Assembly: GCA_963814875.1 (NCBI GenBank)
Contig: CAWFFJ010000018.1
Location: 333,611-397,610 of the forward strand
From: an uncultured Acidobacteriota bacterium
GTDB taxonomy: Bacteria > Acidobacteriota > Thermoanaerobaculia > Thermoanaerobaculales > Sulfomarinibacteraceae
Reading direction: 5' to 3'
Length of the DNA stretch: 64,000 nt
In this document: positions 8,568-16,762 of the stretch, piece after piece
Layout of the letters: the number at the start of each line of letters is the position of its first letter
Numbering within the stretch: position 1 is the first letter of the stretch
Position numbers and translations under genes: made by a program
Notes under the pieces: generated by a model
What the model was told of the DNA's origin: nothing
What the model saw: only the letters and a program-made list of their open reading frames with translations
The model's database searches: none

Positions 8568-11129
8568 TCAACATGAGAACAAGTCGTAGTGACCGGACAT
8601 GAAGTTGTCGAAGCACCTGTCGACGACCGCGTCGTCGTTGAGCATGATGTCCAGCTGGCGCGTGAAACCTATCAATCGCCCTACCATTTCCATCCGCTTG
8701 TGGATCGCCTCGGCAGAGATCTTCTTGATCCGACCGATCACGAGATCGCCGCTTCCCTCGACCACGAAGTCATTCGTCTCCAGGATGCGTTGCAGCAGGA
8801 CGGCTCGTCGCGACCGCCGCGTGAGCTCGGTGACGCCGCCGGTGAAACGGAAGTAGATGTAGTTGTCGTTGCGGTTGGTGCCCAGGTAGCAGTCAACGAT
8901 GTTGAAGTGGAAGCCGAGCCGCAGGCTGAGGTTGAGGTACTCGCGGGAAGCGATCGCCAGGTTGATCTGTGGACGGCTCGCGGCGGGCCCCAGCCACGGT
9001 GCAGAGCGGGTGGCGCTGGCCATGAACGCGTTGGCGTCCATCTGCGCCGGAGCGGTCACCCAGACTCCCTTCGCGGTCAGACCGTCGAGCAGCGACCGCA
9101 GGGGCGCGGACACGACGCTCTCCGGCTGGATCGTCTTGTGCTCGTCGCTCGAACTCACCGCTCCCCCGATGTCGATCAGCACCAGGTCGAGCGGAACCGT
9201 GAGGGCCAGCCGCCGCACGTAGCGGTTGCGCACCGAGGGATCGACCCAGGTTCCCTCGGACAGCTCTCGGACCGCCATCTCGTGAGCGAATCGGATGATG
9301 TCGTGGTACGTGGAGCAACTCGCGGCCGTGAAGTCGCGGGATTGCGGGTCCCGGAGGTTGAGAGGGGCGACCTTCTTGAACATCCTCCGCAGGAGCCTGA
9401 ACTCTTGCGACTCCTCGAAGGTCGAGCTGCGCAGGAGCTGGTGATCCAGCAGCGCCTTGACCTTTCCTCGGTAGACGACGTTGGCCTCGGCATCGACCGT
9501 GACCTCATCGCCGTCCTGCAGAACCTGGGTGGCGATGCCGGTGTCGACGATCGCCGGCACCCGGAACTCGCGAGCAATGGCGGCGAGGTGTCCGGTCGAG
9601 GTGCCGACGTCGGTCACCACGGCGGACGCATGGGCCAGAACCGCGGCCAACCTCGGCGACGAGGTCCTCGCGACGAGCACCGGATCCGCCGGAAGGTCCT
9701 TCATCGAGTCGTCGTCGATGACCACCCTGACCCGACCGTACCCGATGCCGTTGCACGCGACAGTGCCGCGACCGCTGAGCAGCACCGGAAAGCGGCCGAC
9801 GATCTCGGTGACGTCGCTGGCGCTGGGCACCGCGTGCCGCTCGATTCGCAGCGGCCTGGCCTGCAGGATGACCAGCTCCCCTCGCTCGTCGATGGCCCAC
9901 TCGACGTCCACCGCACACTTCATGCTCTTCTCGATCTGCAGCGACACGGCGGCCAGCGTGGCGAGCTGGGCATCCGAAACCGCGGGCTGCGACCTCGCCT
10001 GCTCGCCGATCTCGGCCAACTCGACACCGCGGCCGCTGCCCTGGACCAGCATCATCAACTTGGTCGCGACGTGGCGCGAAACCACCTCGTGGGGGGCCTG
10101 TCTCGCAATCTCGAACCGGTCCACCGGCTGGCTTCCCTCGACCACCGTCTTGCCCAGGCCGCGCGCGGCCGAGACTGTCATCAGGTTGGCCTCGGGACGC
10201 GTCGGGATCAGGCTGTGCAGCACACCGCCCGCCCGCGCCGGCACCATGCACAGGCAGCCCACCGCCATCAGGCCACGGGCCGGGTGGAGGTTGTGGCTCT
10301 GCCGGTACCTCATCACCCCGGTGGAGTAGAGGCTTGCGAGGACCTCCTTGTAGGCCTCCACCACGCCGTCTGCCGGCACCCCGAGCACGGTCGTGAACTG
10401 GCCCGCGAAGCTGAGCTCACTGTCCTCGCCGAGCGCGCTGCTGCGCACTGCGAAGCTGCTGCAGCCTGAGCGCTTTTCGAGGCGTGCCGCCTCCCGAGCG
10501 ATCGCGCGTTGCAGATCACGCGGCAGCTTGAGGCCCAGGACCCGAGTCCTGAGCTCCGCAGAGGCGGCCTCGAACATCGCCTCGTCGAACAGCTCCGGCT
10601 GGGCGAAGGTGCGCTCGACGTAGCGGTCGATGCGCGCCTCCATGAGCAGGTGCTGGCAGGCATAGGTCGTGATGACGAAGCCGGCGGGGACACGACACCC
10701 GAGCCGCTTCTCGATCGCAGCCAGCCGGGCCATCTTCGCTCCGGCGACGTCGGTGAGATCTTCGTCGATGTCGGCGAGCGGAATCACGTAATCCGTCGTG
10801 CCGACGATGACCTTGGACTCGTAGATGTTGTGGACGTCCTCAGCGATCCTGCGCAGGGTATCGACGAGCTCAGGGTAGCGGTTGCCGGTCACCCCGTTGA
10901 GGTCGTAGACCACGCCGCGGACAGCGTTCTCCAGATCGCGTGCGAGCGTCTTCAGGTACTGGCTGTCGAACACATACTCGCCACCCAGCATCTCACCGGC
11001 CCCAGCGATCAACTCCAGGACCTGGTTGTTCTTGTCGACCAAGTCGCGAAAGTGCTCCAGCCGTTCTCGAAGGACGGCGAACGCGTCCTTGCCTTCCCTG
11101 AGTCGCCGCAGCCACTTCCAGAAATTCAC
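8568..11129 (-). CDS. PEP/pyruvate-binding (PPDK_N-type ATP-grasp) plus swivel phospho-histidine domain protein with a non-canonical C-terminal domain
   Basis: The N-terminal region after about 110 aa looks like the PpsA/PPDK nucleotide-binding domain (VRSSALGEDSELSFAGQF). The mobile His domain reads VVTDVGTSTGHLAAIAREFRVPAIVDTG. The last ~290 aa (STFEESQEFRLLRRMFKK ... FMSGHYDLF) do not resemble the PEP-utilizers_C TIM barrel. GTG start. Confidence 0.85.
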   Translation of the reverse strand: MNFWKWLRRLREGKDAFAVLRERLEHFRDLVDKNNQVLELIAGAGEMLGGEYVFDSQYLKTLARDLENAVRGVVYDLNGVTGNRYPELVDTLRRIAEDVHNIYESKVIVGTTDYVIPLADIDEDLTDVAGAKMARLAAIEKRLGCRVPAGFVITTYACQHLLMEARIDRYVERTFAQPELFDEAMFEAASAELRTRVLGLKLPRDLQRAIAREAARLEKRSGCSSFAVRSSALGEDSELSFAGQFTTVLGVPADGVVEAYKEVLASLYSTGVMRYRQSHNLHPARGLMAVGCLCMVPARAGGVLHSLIPTRPEANLMTVSAARGLGKTVVEGSQPVDRFEIARQAPHEVVSRHVATKLMMLVQGSGRGVELAEIGEQARSQPAVSDAQLATLAAVSLQIEKSMKCAVDVEWAIDERGELVILQARPLRIERHAVPSASDVTEIVGRFPVLLSGRGTVACNGIGYGRVRVVIDDDSMKDLPADPVLVARTSSPRLAAVLAHASAVVTDVGTSTGHLAAIAREFRVPAIVDTGIATQVLQDGDEVTVDAEANVVYRGKVKALLDHQLLRSSTFEESQEFRLLRRMFKKVAPLNLRDPQSRDFTAASCSTYHDIIRFAHEMAVRELSEGTWVDPSVRNRYVRRLALTVPLDLVLIDIGGAVSSSDEHKTIQPESVVSAPLRSLLDGLTAKGVWVTAPAQMDANAFMASATRSAPWLGPAASRPQINLAIASREYLNLSLRLGFHFNIVDCYLGTNRNDNYIYFRFTGGVTELTRRSRRAVLLQRILETNDFVVEGSGDLVIGRIKKISAEAIHKRMEMVGRLIGFTRQLDIMLNDDAVVDRCFDNFMSGHYDLFSC

Positions 11130-11162
11130 ACTCGCCTCGGCTCATTCCTCCCCGGCATGGAG

Positions 11163-11768
11163 TCAGTGGGCCTTCTTCGATCCCAAACCGAAGACAACGC
11201 CGGTCAGGAGTCCGACCACGATCGCCACCATGACGGCCAGGATGCCGAACAACAGGCCGTGTTGCCGTGACAGGTCGGAGATGAAGGCGGCCAGGCCGAC
11301 CGTCCGGACCGTGAACGCTCCGGTCGCGAGTCGTGTTCCGCTGTCGCCGTCAAACCCCACCAGTGACACCTCGTAGGGGCCGAAGGGTGCCTTCGCCGGC
11401 AGCCAGAACTCGGTCGACACACGTTCAAGACCGCCATCGAGCGGCTCGACGTGGATGCCGGTCGCCGAAACTCCGAACAGACCCTCCCGCTGCTTGAGCT
11501 TGATGAGCTCACCCAGGAGCCTGCGAGTCGCCTCGTCCCCGGGATCCGGAGCCACCCTGGACTCGACCGCGCCAAAACCCACTCCCAGGTCCGCGAGCAC
11601 GGTCGGCGAGGCGAGGCTCTCGAGCGGACGGGTCGAGACGACGCAATAGAATCCCGGTACTTTCTCCAGACTTGCTTCACCGACGTTCATCCACAGGAAG
11701 CCCCAGACCCTGCCCTTCTGCTTCAGGTCGGACCCCACTCTCCCGACCCGCACAGACGACGACGACAT
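11163..11768 (-). CDS. Alph_Pro_TM / TIGR02186-like membrane protein, C-terminal two-thirds
   Basis: KQKGRVWGFLWMNVGEASLEKVPGFYCVVSTRPL and a C-terminal TM helix LLFGILAVMVAIVVGLLTGVVFGL match my recollection of that family. The ATG at 11768 lies inside a GTC-repeat shared with the upstream fragment. Confidence 0.7.
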   Translation of the reverse strand: MSSSSVRVGRVGSDLKQKGRVWGFLWMNVGEASLEKVPGFYCVVSTRPLESLASPTVLADLGVGFGAVESRVAPDPGDEATRRLLGELIKLKQREGLFGVSATGIHVEPLDGGLERVSTEFWLPAKAPFGPYEVSLVGFDGDSGTRLATGAFTVRTVGLAAFISDLSRQHGLLFGILAVMVAIVVGLLTGVVFGLGSKKAH

Positions 11769-11958
11769 CGCCCTGCGAAGGCACCGTCGCGTCCACCCGG
11801 ACCATCGTACCGTGGTAGAGCATCGTCACCGGGACCTCGACCGGATCGATGTGGAGCGAAACAGAGGCTGCGGGCTCGGACGGAGGCACGGCAAACGCCG
11901 CCGGTGCGGTCAGCACGCAGGACAGGACGACGATGGAAAGTCGAAGTGTGGGGGCCAT
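11677..11958 (-). pseudogene. N-terminal fragment (signal peptide plus first ~70 aa) of the same Alph_Pro_TM-like protein, separated from its C-terminal part by an apparent 1-nt frameshift
   Basis: Signal peptide MAPTLRLSIVVLSCVLTAPAAFA. The frame ends ..GDVVVV then CAGRES..stop. Shifting by one nt after GTCGTCGTCGTC (around nt 11754) continues as VRVGRVGSDLKQKGRVWG in the 11163..11768 frame. Confidence 0.5.
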
Positions 11959-11961
11959 GGC

Positions 11962-12888
11962 CTAGTGACCCCCCGCGTACGCTACCAGGATGTCCGGTGT
12001 GAGGACCAGGCCGAGGAGCATCTTGCCCATCACGACGAGCACGATGATCGCCATCATGATCTTGAGCTGATCGGCATTGAACCGCCGGCTCGCGCGAGCG
12101 CCGATCTGGGCGCCGATCACGGAGCCGATCAGGAGGATCAGGGCAAGAACGAAGTCCACCGTGTGGTTCACCGCGGCTTGAAGCACGGTCACGTTCATGC
12201 ACGTGAAGAGGATCTGGAAGAGGCTGGTACCGACGACCACATGCATCGGCATCCGCAGCAGATAGACCATGACCGGTACCATGATAAAGCCACCGCCGAC
12301 CCCCATGATCGCGGCCAACGTGCCGACCATCGTCCCCAGCGCGAGCGGCATCAGCACCGAGAGGTTCACGTTCGAGCGCGGAAAGCTCATCTTCCAGGGA
12401 AGGCTGCGCACCAGCCGCGCATAGAGCGAGGGGCCGGCACCGACGTCGTCCGTGTCGCGCCGGGTTCCCCTGAGCCCACCGAGGCTCTCGACGAACATGT
12501 AGCTCCCGATCCCGCCGAGCATCACCACGTAGGTCACACTGATCAGGAAGTCGGCCTGGCCGAGGGCGCGCAGCAGCTTGATCAGCCACACCCCGACCGA
12601 CCCGCCGAGGAGGCCTCCGAGCAGCAGCAGCACCCCCATCTTGAAGTCGACGGAACCGGCCTTGGCGTGGGCGTACGACCCGGAGGCCGAAGCGGCCACG
12701 ATCTGGTTCGAGTCGGAGGCCGCGGCCACGGTTGGTGGGATCCCGATCATCATCAGCAGCGGAGTCATCAGAAACCCGCCTCCGACCCCGAACAGACCCG
12801 AGAGGAAGCCGACCAGGCACCCCAACGAGAGCAGGAGGAAGATGTTGACCGAGTTGCCCGCCACCGGAAGGAAGATAGAAAACTCCAT
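11962..12888 (-). CDS. TauE/SafE (DUF81) family anion permease
   Basis: MEFSIFLPVAGNSVNIFLLL.., signatures GLFGVGGGFLMTPLLM and AIMGVGGGFIMVPVMVY. Start set to ATG 12888, 10 nt after the upstream kinase stop; the ORF opens at 13152 inside that kinase. Confidence 0.85.
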   Translation of the reverse strand: MEFSIFLPVAGNSVNIFLLLSLGCLVGFLSGLFGVGGGFLMTPLLMMIGIPPTVAAASDSNQIVAASASGSYAHAKAGSVDFKMGVLLLLGGLLGGSVGVWLIKLLRALGQADFLISVTYVVMLGGIGSYMFVESLGGLRGTRRDTDDVGAGPSLYARLVRSLPWKMSFPRSNVNLSVLMPLALGTMVGTLAAIMGVGGGFIMVPVMVYLLRMPMHVVVGTSLFQILFTCMNVTVLQAAVNHTVDFVLALILLIGSVIGAQIGARASRRFNADQLKIMMAIIVLVVMGKMLLGLVLTPDILVAYAGGH

Positions 12889-12898
12889 ACCGTCTCCT

Positions 12899-14437
12899 TC
12901 AGCCCGCGGTCCCATGTCGCTTGGCGCTGCCGGGTAGAAAGACCGAGAACGTGGTTCCCTCGCCGACCTCGCTCGCGACCGTGATCCGTCCGCCGTGCCG
13001 CTCGACGATCCCGAAACTGACCGCAAGGCCGAGGCCGGTGCCGTGGCCCGGTTCCTTGGTCGTAAAGAAGGGATCGAAGACCTTGTCGAGATCCTCCGGA
13101 GGGATGCCGATGCCGGTGTCGGCGACATCGACGCGCACGCCGCCCTCCTCATCCCGAACCGCCCGGACCGTGAGCGTCCCGCCCTCCGGCATTGCCTGGA
13201 CGGCGTTCAGCAGGAGGTTGAGGAACACCTGCTGGAGGTGCCTCGGGTTGGCCGGCACCGGCGGCAGATCGTCGTCGATCTCACGCTCGAGCTCGACCTG
13301 ACCGATCGCGAGCTCGTTGCCGAGCAGGTTGAGCGTGGTCTCCAGCACCTCTCCCACGGCGACCGACGTCATCACCGGATGGTCGTTGCGCGTGAAGTCG
13401 AGCAGGCTGCGAACGGTCGCGCTGGCGCGTTCCACCTGCGCGTAGATCTCGTTGAGCATCGTCAGCTTGGTCTCGTCGGAGTAGTCCTCGAAGCTCTCGA
13501 TCAACGACTCGGTGGTGAGCCCGATGTTGTTGAGCGGGTTGTTCAGCTCGTGGGCCACTCCCGACGTCAAGGTCCCGACCGCCGCCATCTTGCCGGCCTG
13601 CAGCAGCTGCTCCTGGCGGCTCTTCAGCTCCTGGAGCATCTGGTTGACCGCGACCGCCAGCTCCGAGAACTCGTCGCGGAACCTGCGCGCCGGCCGCACC
13701 GGCGAGTAATCGCCGGCACCGATTCTGGAGGCGTAGGCCACGAACCGACCCAGGGGCGCCACCACCGCGTGGGACATGAGTGCGGCCAGGAATCCCATCA
13801 CCACGACCATGATCAGAAGGAACGCAACCGCCACCACCATGGAGGTGCGCAACATCGCGTGCATCGAGAGGCGCTGGCGATCGACCATGTCCTCCGCCTC
13901 GGAGAGGATGCGTGAACCCGCCGTTCGCAACTGGGTCTCGATCGATCGGTACTCGGCGCTGTGCCGGTCGCCGTCCGGCCCCATCGAGGCGTCGAGCGTG
14001 TACAGCAGGTCCTGGTAGGCAGCCAGGTCCGCTTCGATGGCACTGAACCGTTCGTCACCCATCACCGACCTGAGCTCGTCGGCACTTTTCTCGAACTCGC
14101 TCTGCGCGGTGTGGATGTTGGCCAGGGCGTCCGTCAGGTTGGTCCCATAGAGGAAGAAGTTCTTCTCGAACCGGCGCGCCTGCTCGATCTCGAACAGGGA
14201 GTTCCCGGCTTTCTCGAGGAACTGCAGGTTCTTGGCGACGCCGGAGACGAAGACGACCGCCGCCACCGTAATCGCGGCCATGAACACGAACAGGAGGACG
14301 AAACCCGCCACAATCCGCGACCGAATGCTGATCCGAGGCCGCTCGAGGATCGCCCGCGTCGTCTCGACATCCTCATCCGAGAGGCGAAGCGCCTTCGCCT
14401 GGGCGACATCGTCGGACCGCATCCCGTTCTCGGTCAT
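12899..14437 (-). CDS. sensor histidine kinase (paralog of 2499..4124): 2 TM, helical sensor, HAMP, HisKA, HATPase_c
   Basis: [57 protein letters not shown]. Shares the sensor motif EQARRFEKNFFLYGTNLTDA with the other kinase ([19 protein letters not shown]). Start ATG 14437 chosen; the ORF opens at 14617. Confidence 0.85.
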   Translation of the reverse strand: MTENGMRSDDVAQAKALRLSDEDVETTRAILERPRISIRSRIVAGFVLLFVFMAAITVAAVVFVSGVAKNLQFLEKAGNSLFEIEQARRFEKNFFLYGTNLTDALANIHTAQSEFEKSADELRSVMGDERFSAIEADLAAYQDLLYTLDASMGPDGDRHSAEYRSIETQLRTAGSRILSEAEDMVDRQRLSMHAMLRTSMVVAVAFLLIMVVVMGFLAALMSHAVVAPLGRFVAYASRIGAGDYSPVRPARRFRDEFSELAVAVNQMLQELKSRQEQLLQAGKMAAVGTLTSGVAHELNNPLNNIGLTTESLIESFEDYSDETKLTMLNEIYAQVERASATVRSLLDFTRNDHPVMTSVAVGEVLETTLNLLGNELAIGQVELEREIDDDLPPVPANPRHLQQVFLNLLLNAVQAMPEGGTLTVRAVRDEEGGVRVDVADTGIGIPPEDLDKVFDPFFTTKEPGHGTGLGLAVSFGIVERHGGRITVASEVGEGTTFSVFLPGSAKRHGTAG

Positions 14438-14880
14438 CGCCGTCCGTCCCGTCGAAGCACTCCGTTCCGAGCCCGCATTCCCCAGCACATCACGTCGCGA
14501 GGGCGTTGAGATGGAAGTTCTGTGCCAGCGTGAGAATGCCGCCGCAAGTCCTTTCCGCCGTCGGACAGCCCCGTGGCAACGCAGTCGCAGTCCTCGTACG
14601 TAACGGTGCGGTAACACCCAGGGCTACACTGCAGTCCTCTTCGTGACGCACGCATCTCCGGCTCTCGTCCTGGTCCTGCTGCCGAGGCCCGCCCTCTGCG
14701 GCTGAGCAGCCGGCCGGACCTGGATCCAGGCCAACCGCGCGCAGCCCGACTTCGAGGCACGGGCGTCTCGAATCTGAGGCGGCGTCGGACCCACAGGGAT
14801 GAACCGATTCTCAGCCCACGCGCTGGCCATCGAATTGGGGACCTGCACAAGTGAACCGGGAGCAAACCCAGCTCACAAGC

Positions 14881-15273
14881 TCAGGTGGACGGCGCCTCCG
14901 CCGCCAGATCCTCTGCGGCCCGCGCAACGATCGCACGCAGGTCCTCGGGCCGGAAGGGCTTCGCAATGAAGTCGAAGGCACCCTTCAGCATCGCCTCCCG
15001 GGCGACCGACATCATGGCGTAGCCAGTGATCAGGATGACTCTGGTCCGCGGCGATCGCTCCCGGACCCGCTCGAGCACCTGAATGCCGGTCATTTCATCC
15101 ATCCGGATGTCAGTGACCACGACATCGAAATCAGTCTCGGCAAGCCGGTCGAGGGCGCGTCGCGGATCCTCGAAAATCTCGACCTCCCAGCCCATCTTGG
15201 CAAGCGCCGGCTTCAGTCGCTTGCCGACGATCGGCTCGTCATCGAGAACCAGAACCCGCAGAGCATCAGTCAT
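14881..15273 (-). CDS. response regulator, receiver domain only (close paralog of 4126..4533)
   Basis: VLVLDDEPIVGKRLKPAL, VVTDIRMDEMTG, ILITGYAM, AKPFR. GGGGAGG RBS precedes ATG 15273. Confidence 0.9.
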   Translation of the reverse strand: MTDALRVLVLDDEPIVGKRLKPALAKMGWEVEIFEDPRRALDRLAETDFDVVVTDIRMDEMTGIQVLERVRERSPRTRVILITGYAMMSVAREAMLKGAFDFIAKPFRPEDLRAIVARAAEDLAAEAPST

Positions 15274-15366
15274 CGCGACCTCCCCAGGTCGATGTCGGAG
15301 CCGTTCAGGACCGCCCCCCAGACCTCATGGCCAGCACTCCACTGCACCCCGCACCACGGCCGCCGC

Positions 15367-16191
15367 TCACCGGAAGCTGTCGATCGCTTCCCGAATGAAA
15401 TCATCGAGCACGTTGACCTCGACCCCATCAGCCCCCTCGACCGAGCTCAAGAGCTGCTCGATCGACGCCGCCACGGACTGCTGCTCTCGCCTCACCGAGG
15501 TGATCTCGACGGTGATCCTGCCATGCAAGGCCTGGACCCTCGCCTCCGGGTAGCGCTCGATGAGGGCGACCCGGGCCCGAGCCTCCAGCGCAACATCCTG
15601 GAGTCGGGCGCGTGAGTAGGTCATCGCCTGGAAGCTGCGCTCGCCGGCCGTGTCCGCAATCATGCCGACGGCCCGCTCGGGCTCGATCTGTTGGAGCCGG
15701 ATGACCAAGTCGTACAGCGACGGATCGGTTTCGTCCCTCCCGAATGCCGCCAGCGACCAGCGCCTGCGGCCCGCGATCTGTCGCAATCTCACCCGTTCAG
15801 CCTTCTCGACCGAAACCCCTCGCCGCTGGGCGAGCTGTCGAGCCATCGCCGCGCTGTCGGCAAGTACGCGCACTTTGAGCACGTGAGAGACCCCTGCAAC
15901 GTACAGGTGCGCCGCGAGACCGTGACAGACGACGTCATCCGCGAGCAGCTTGTCAACGACGACAGTTTGAATCGACGCCAGGCGCCGGGCTCTCGATCCG
16001 GCGGTCATCCCGAGCAGGGAAGGGTCATCGTCGAGCGACCGCAGCAGTCGAGCTCCGTCGATGCCGAAACGCTCCGCCACCGCGCCGAGGAGCTCCCGCC
16101 CGACGAGACGGAATCCAAGCCGACCGGCGACTCCCTCGGCGATCTCACGACCCGTGGTGAGGGAATCCGACGACAGGATCACGACGGGCAT
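15367..16191 (-). CDS. cytidylate-kinase-like family protein, degenerate P-loop, soluble short form
   Basis: VVILSSDSLTTGREIAEGVAGRLGF, HVLKVRVLADSAAMARQLAQRRGVSVEKAERVRLRQIAGRRRW, DPSLYDLVI. Parallels 5836..7341 but has no TM segment. Start ATG 16191; the upstream 133 codons of the ORF are low-complexity. Confidence 0.7.
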   Translation of the reverse strand: MPVVILSSDSLTTGREIAEGVAGRLGFRLVGRELLGAVAERFGIDGARLLRSLDDDPSLLGMTAGSRARRLASIQTVVVDKLLADDVVCHGLAAHLYVAGVSHVLKVRVLADSAAMARQLAQRRGVSVEKAERVRLRQIAGRRRWSLAAFGRDETDPSLYDLVIRLQQIEPERAVGMIADTAGERSFQAMTYSRARLQDVALEARARVALIERYPEARVQALHGRITVEITSVRREQQSVAASIEQLLSSVEGADGVEVNVLDDFIREAIDSFR

Positions 16192-16762
16192 CGGCGGGTC
16201 CTTTCTCCGCGCGGCCGCGCGCCCCCAAGGCCGAGCGGCCTCATGAAGCACGGTCTCAAGTGAGGCGGAATACTCTAGCCCAGAACCAGATTCTACTCCA
16301 GATTCTGAGATCGACGACCTCACCATAGCGACGTCGGCCGATTGCAGATTCGGCCCCGGATCGCCACCGAGCGCCATGCACGGGGTGAAGGCATCCCCCT
16401 TCGCGGAATGGAGATACGACCAGGCCGCGTTGACCCCGGCAGCGTCCGCCGCAGCGGCGCAGGGAGCACAAGGTGCCCGACGACGTCCGCACAAAAGCCC
16501 CAAAGGCATCCGACCACCGTCCCCGACGGGCATCGGCCGGCGGGAGTGTGGCATGCCGGTCGACCACGGCTCCGTCATGTACCATCCCAAGGCGGCGGTG
16601 TCATAATCTGACCGAGGGACCGGCCTCCGTCCGGAGAAGCTCGCTGAGCGCGTCGTTTCCGCCCCGACAGGCGGCGACGTTCAGGCAGCGGGCCGAGGCG
16701 GCTGTCGACCCGGCGTCCCCCGATTCGCGGGCGGCGCAATCAACCTGGAGGAGCGCGACGTC

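Noticed and set aside
8589-10469. 626-aa plus-strand ORF opposite the PEP-utilizing-type gene
   Set aside because: It is a shadow ORF. Its composition is biased and it has no motifs, while the minus frame carries PPDK_N and swivel-His signatures.
14509-14527. Sigma-54-like motif CTGGCACAGAACTTCCATC upstream of the second kinase
   Set aside because: The -24 half and the spacing are right, but the near-invariant G of the -12 GC is replaced (TTCC). It is kept only as a remark in a finding and not called as a promoter.
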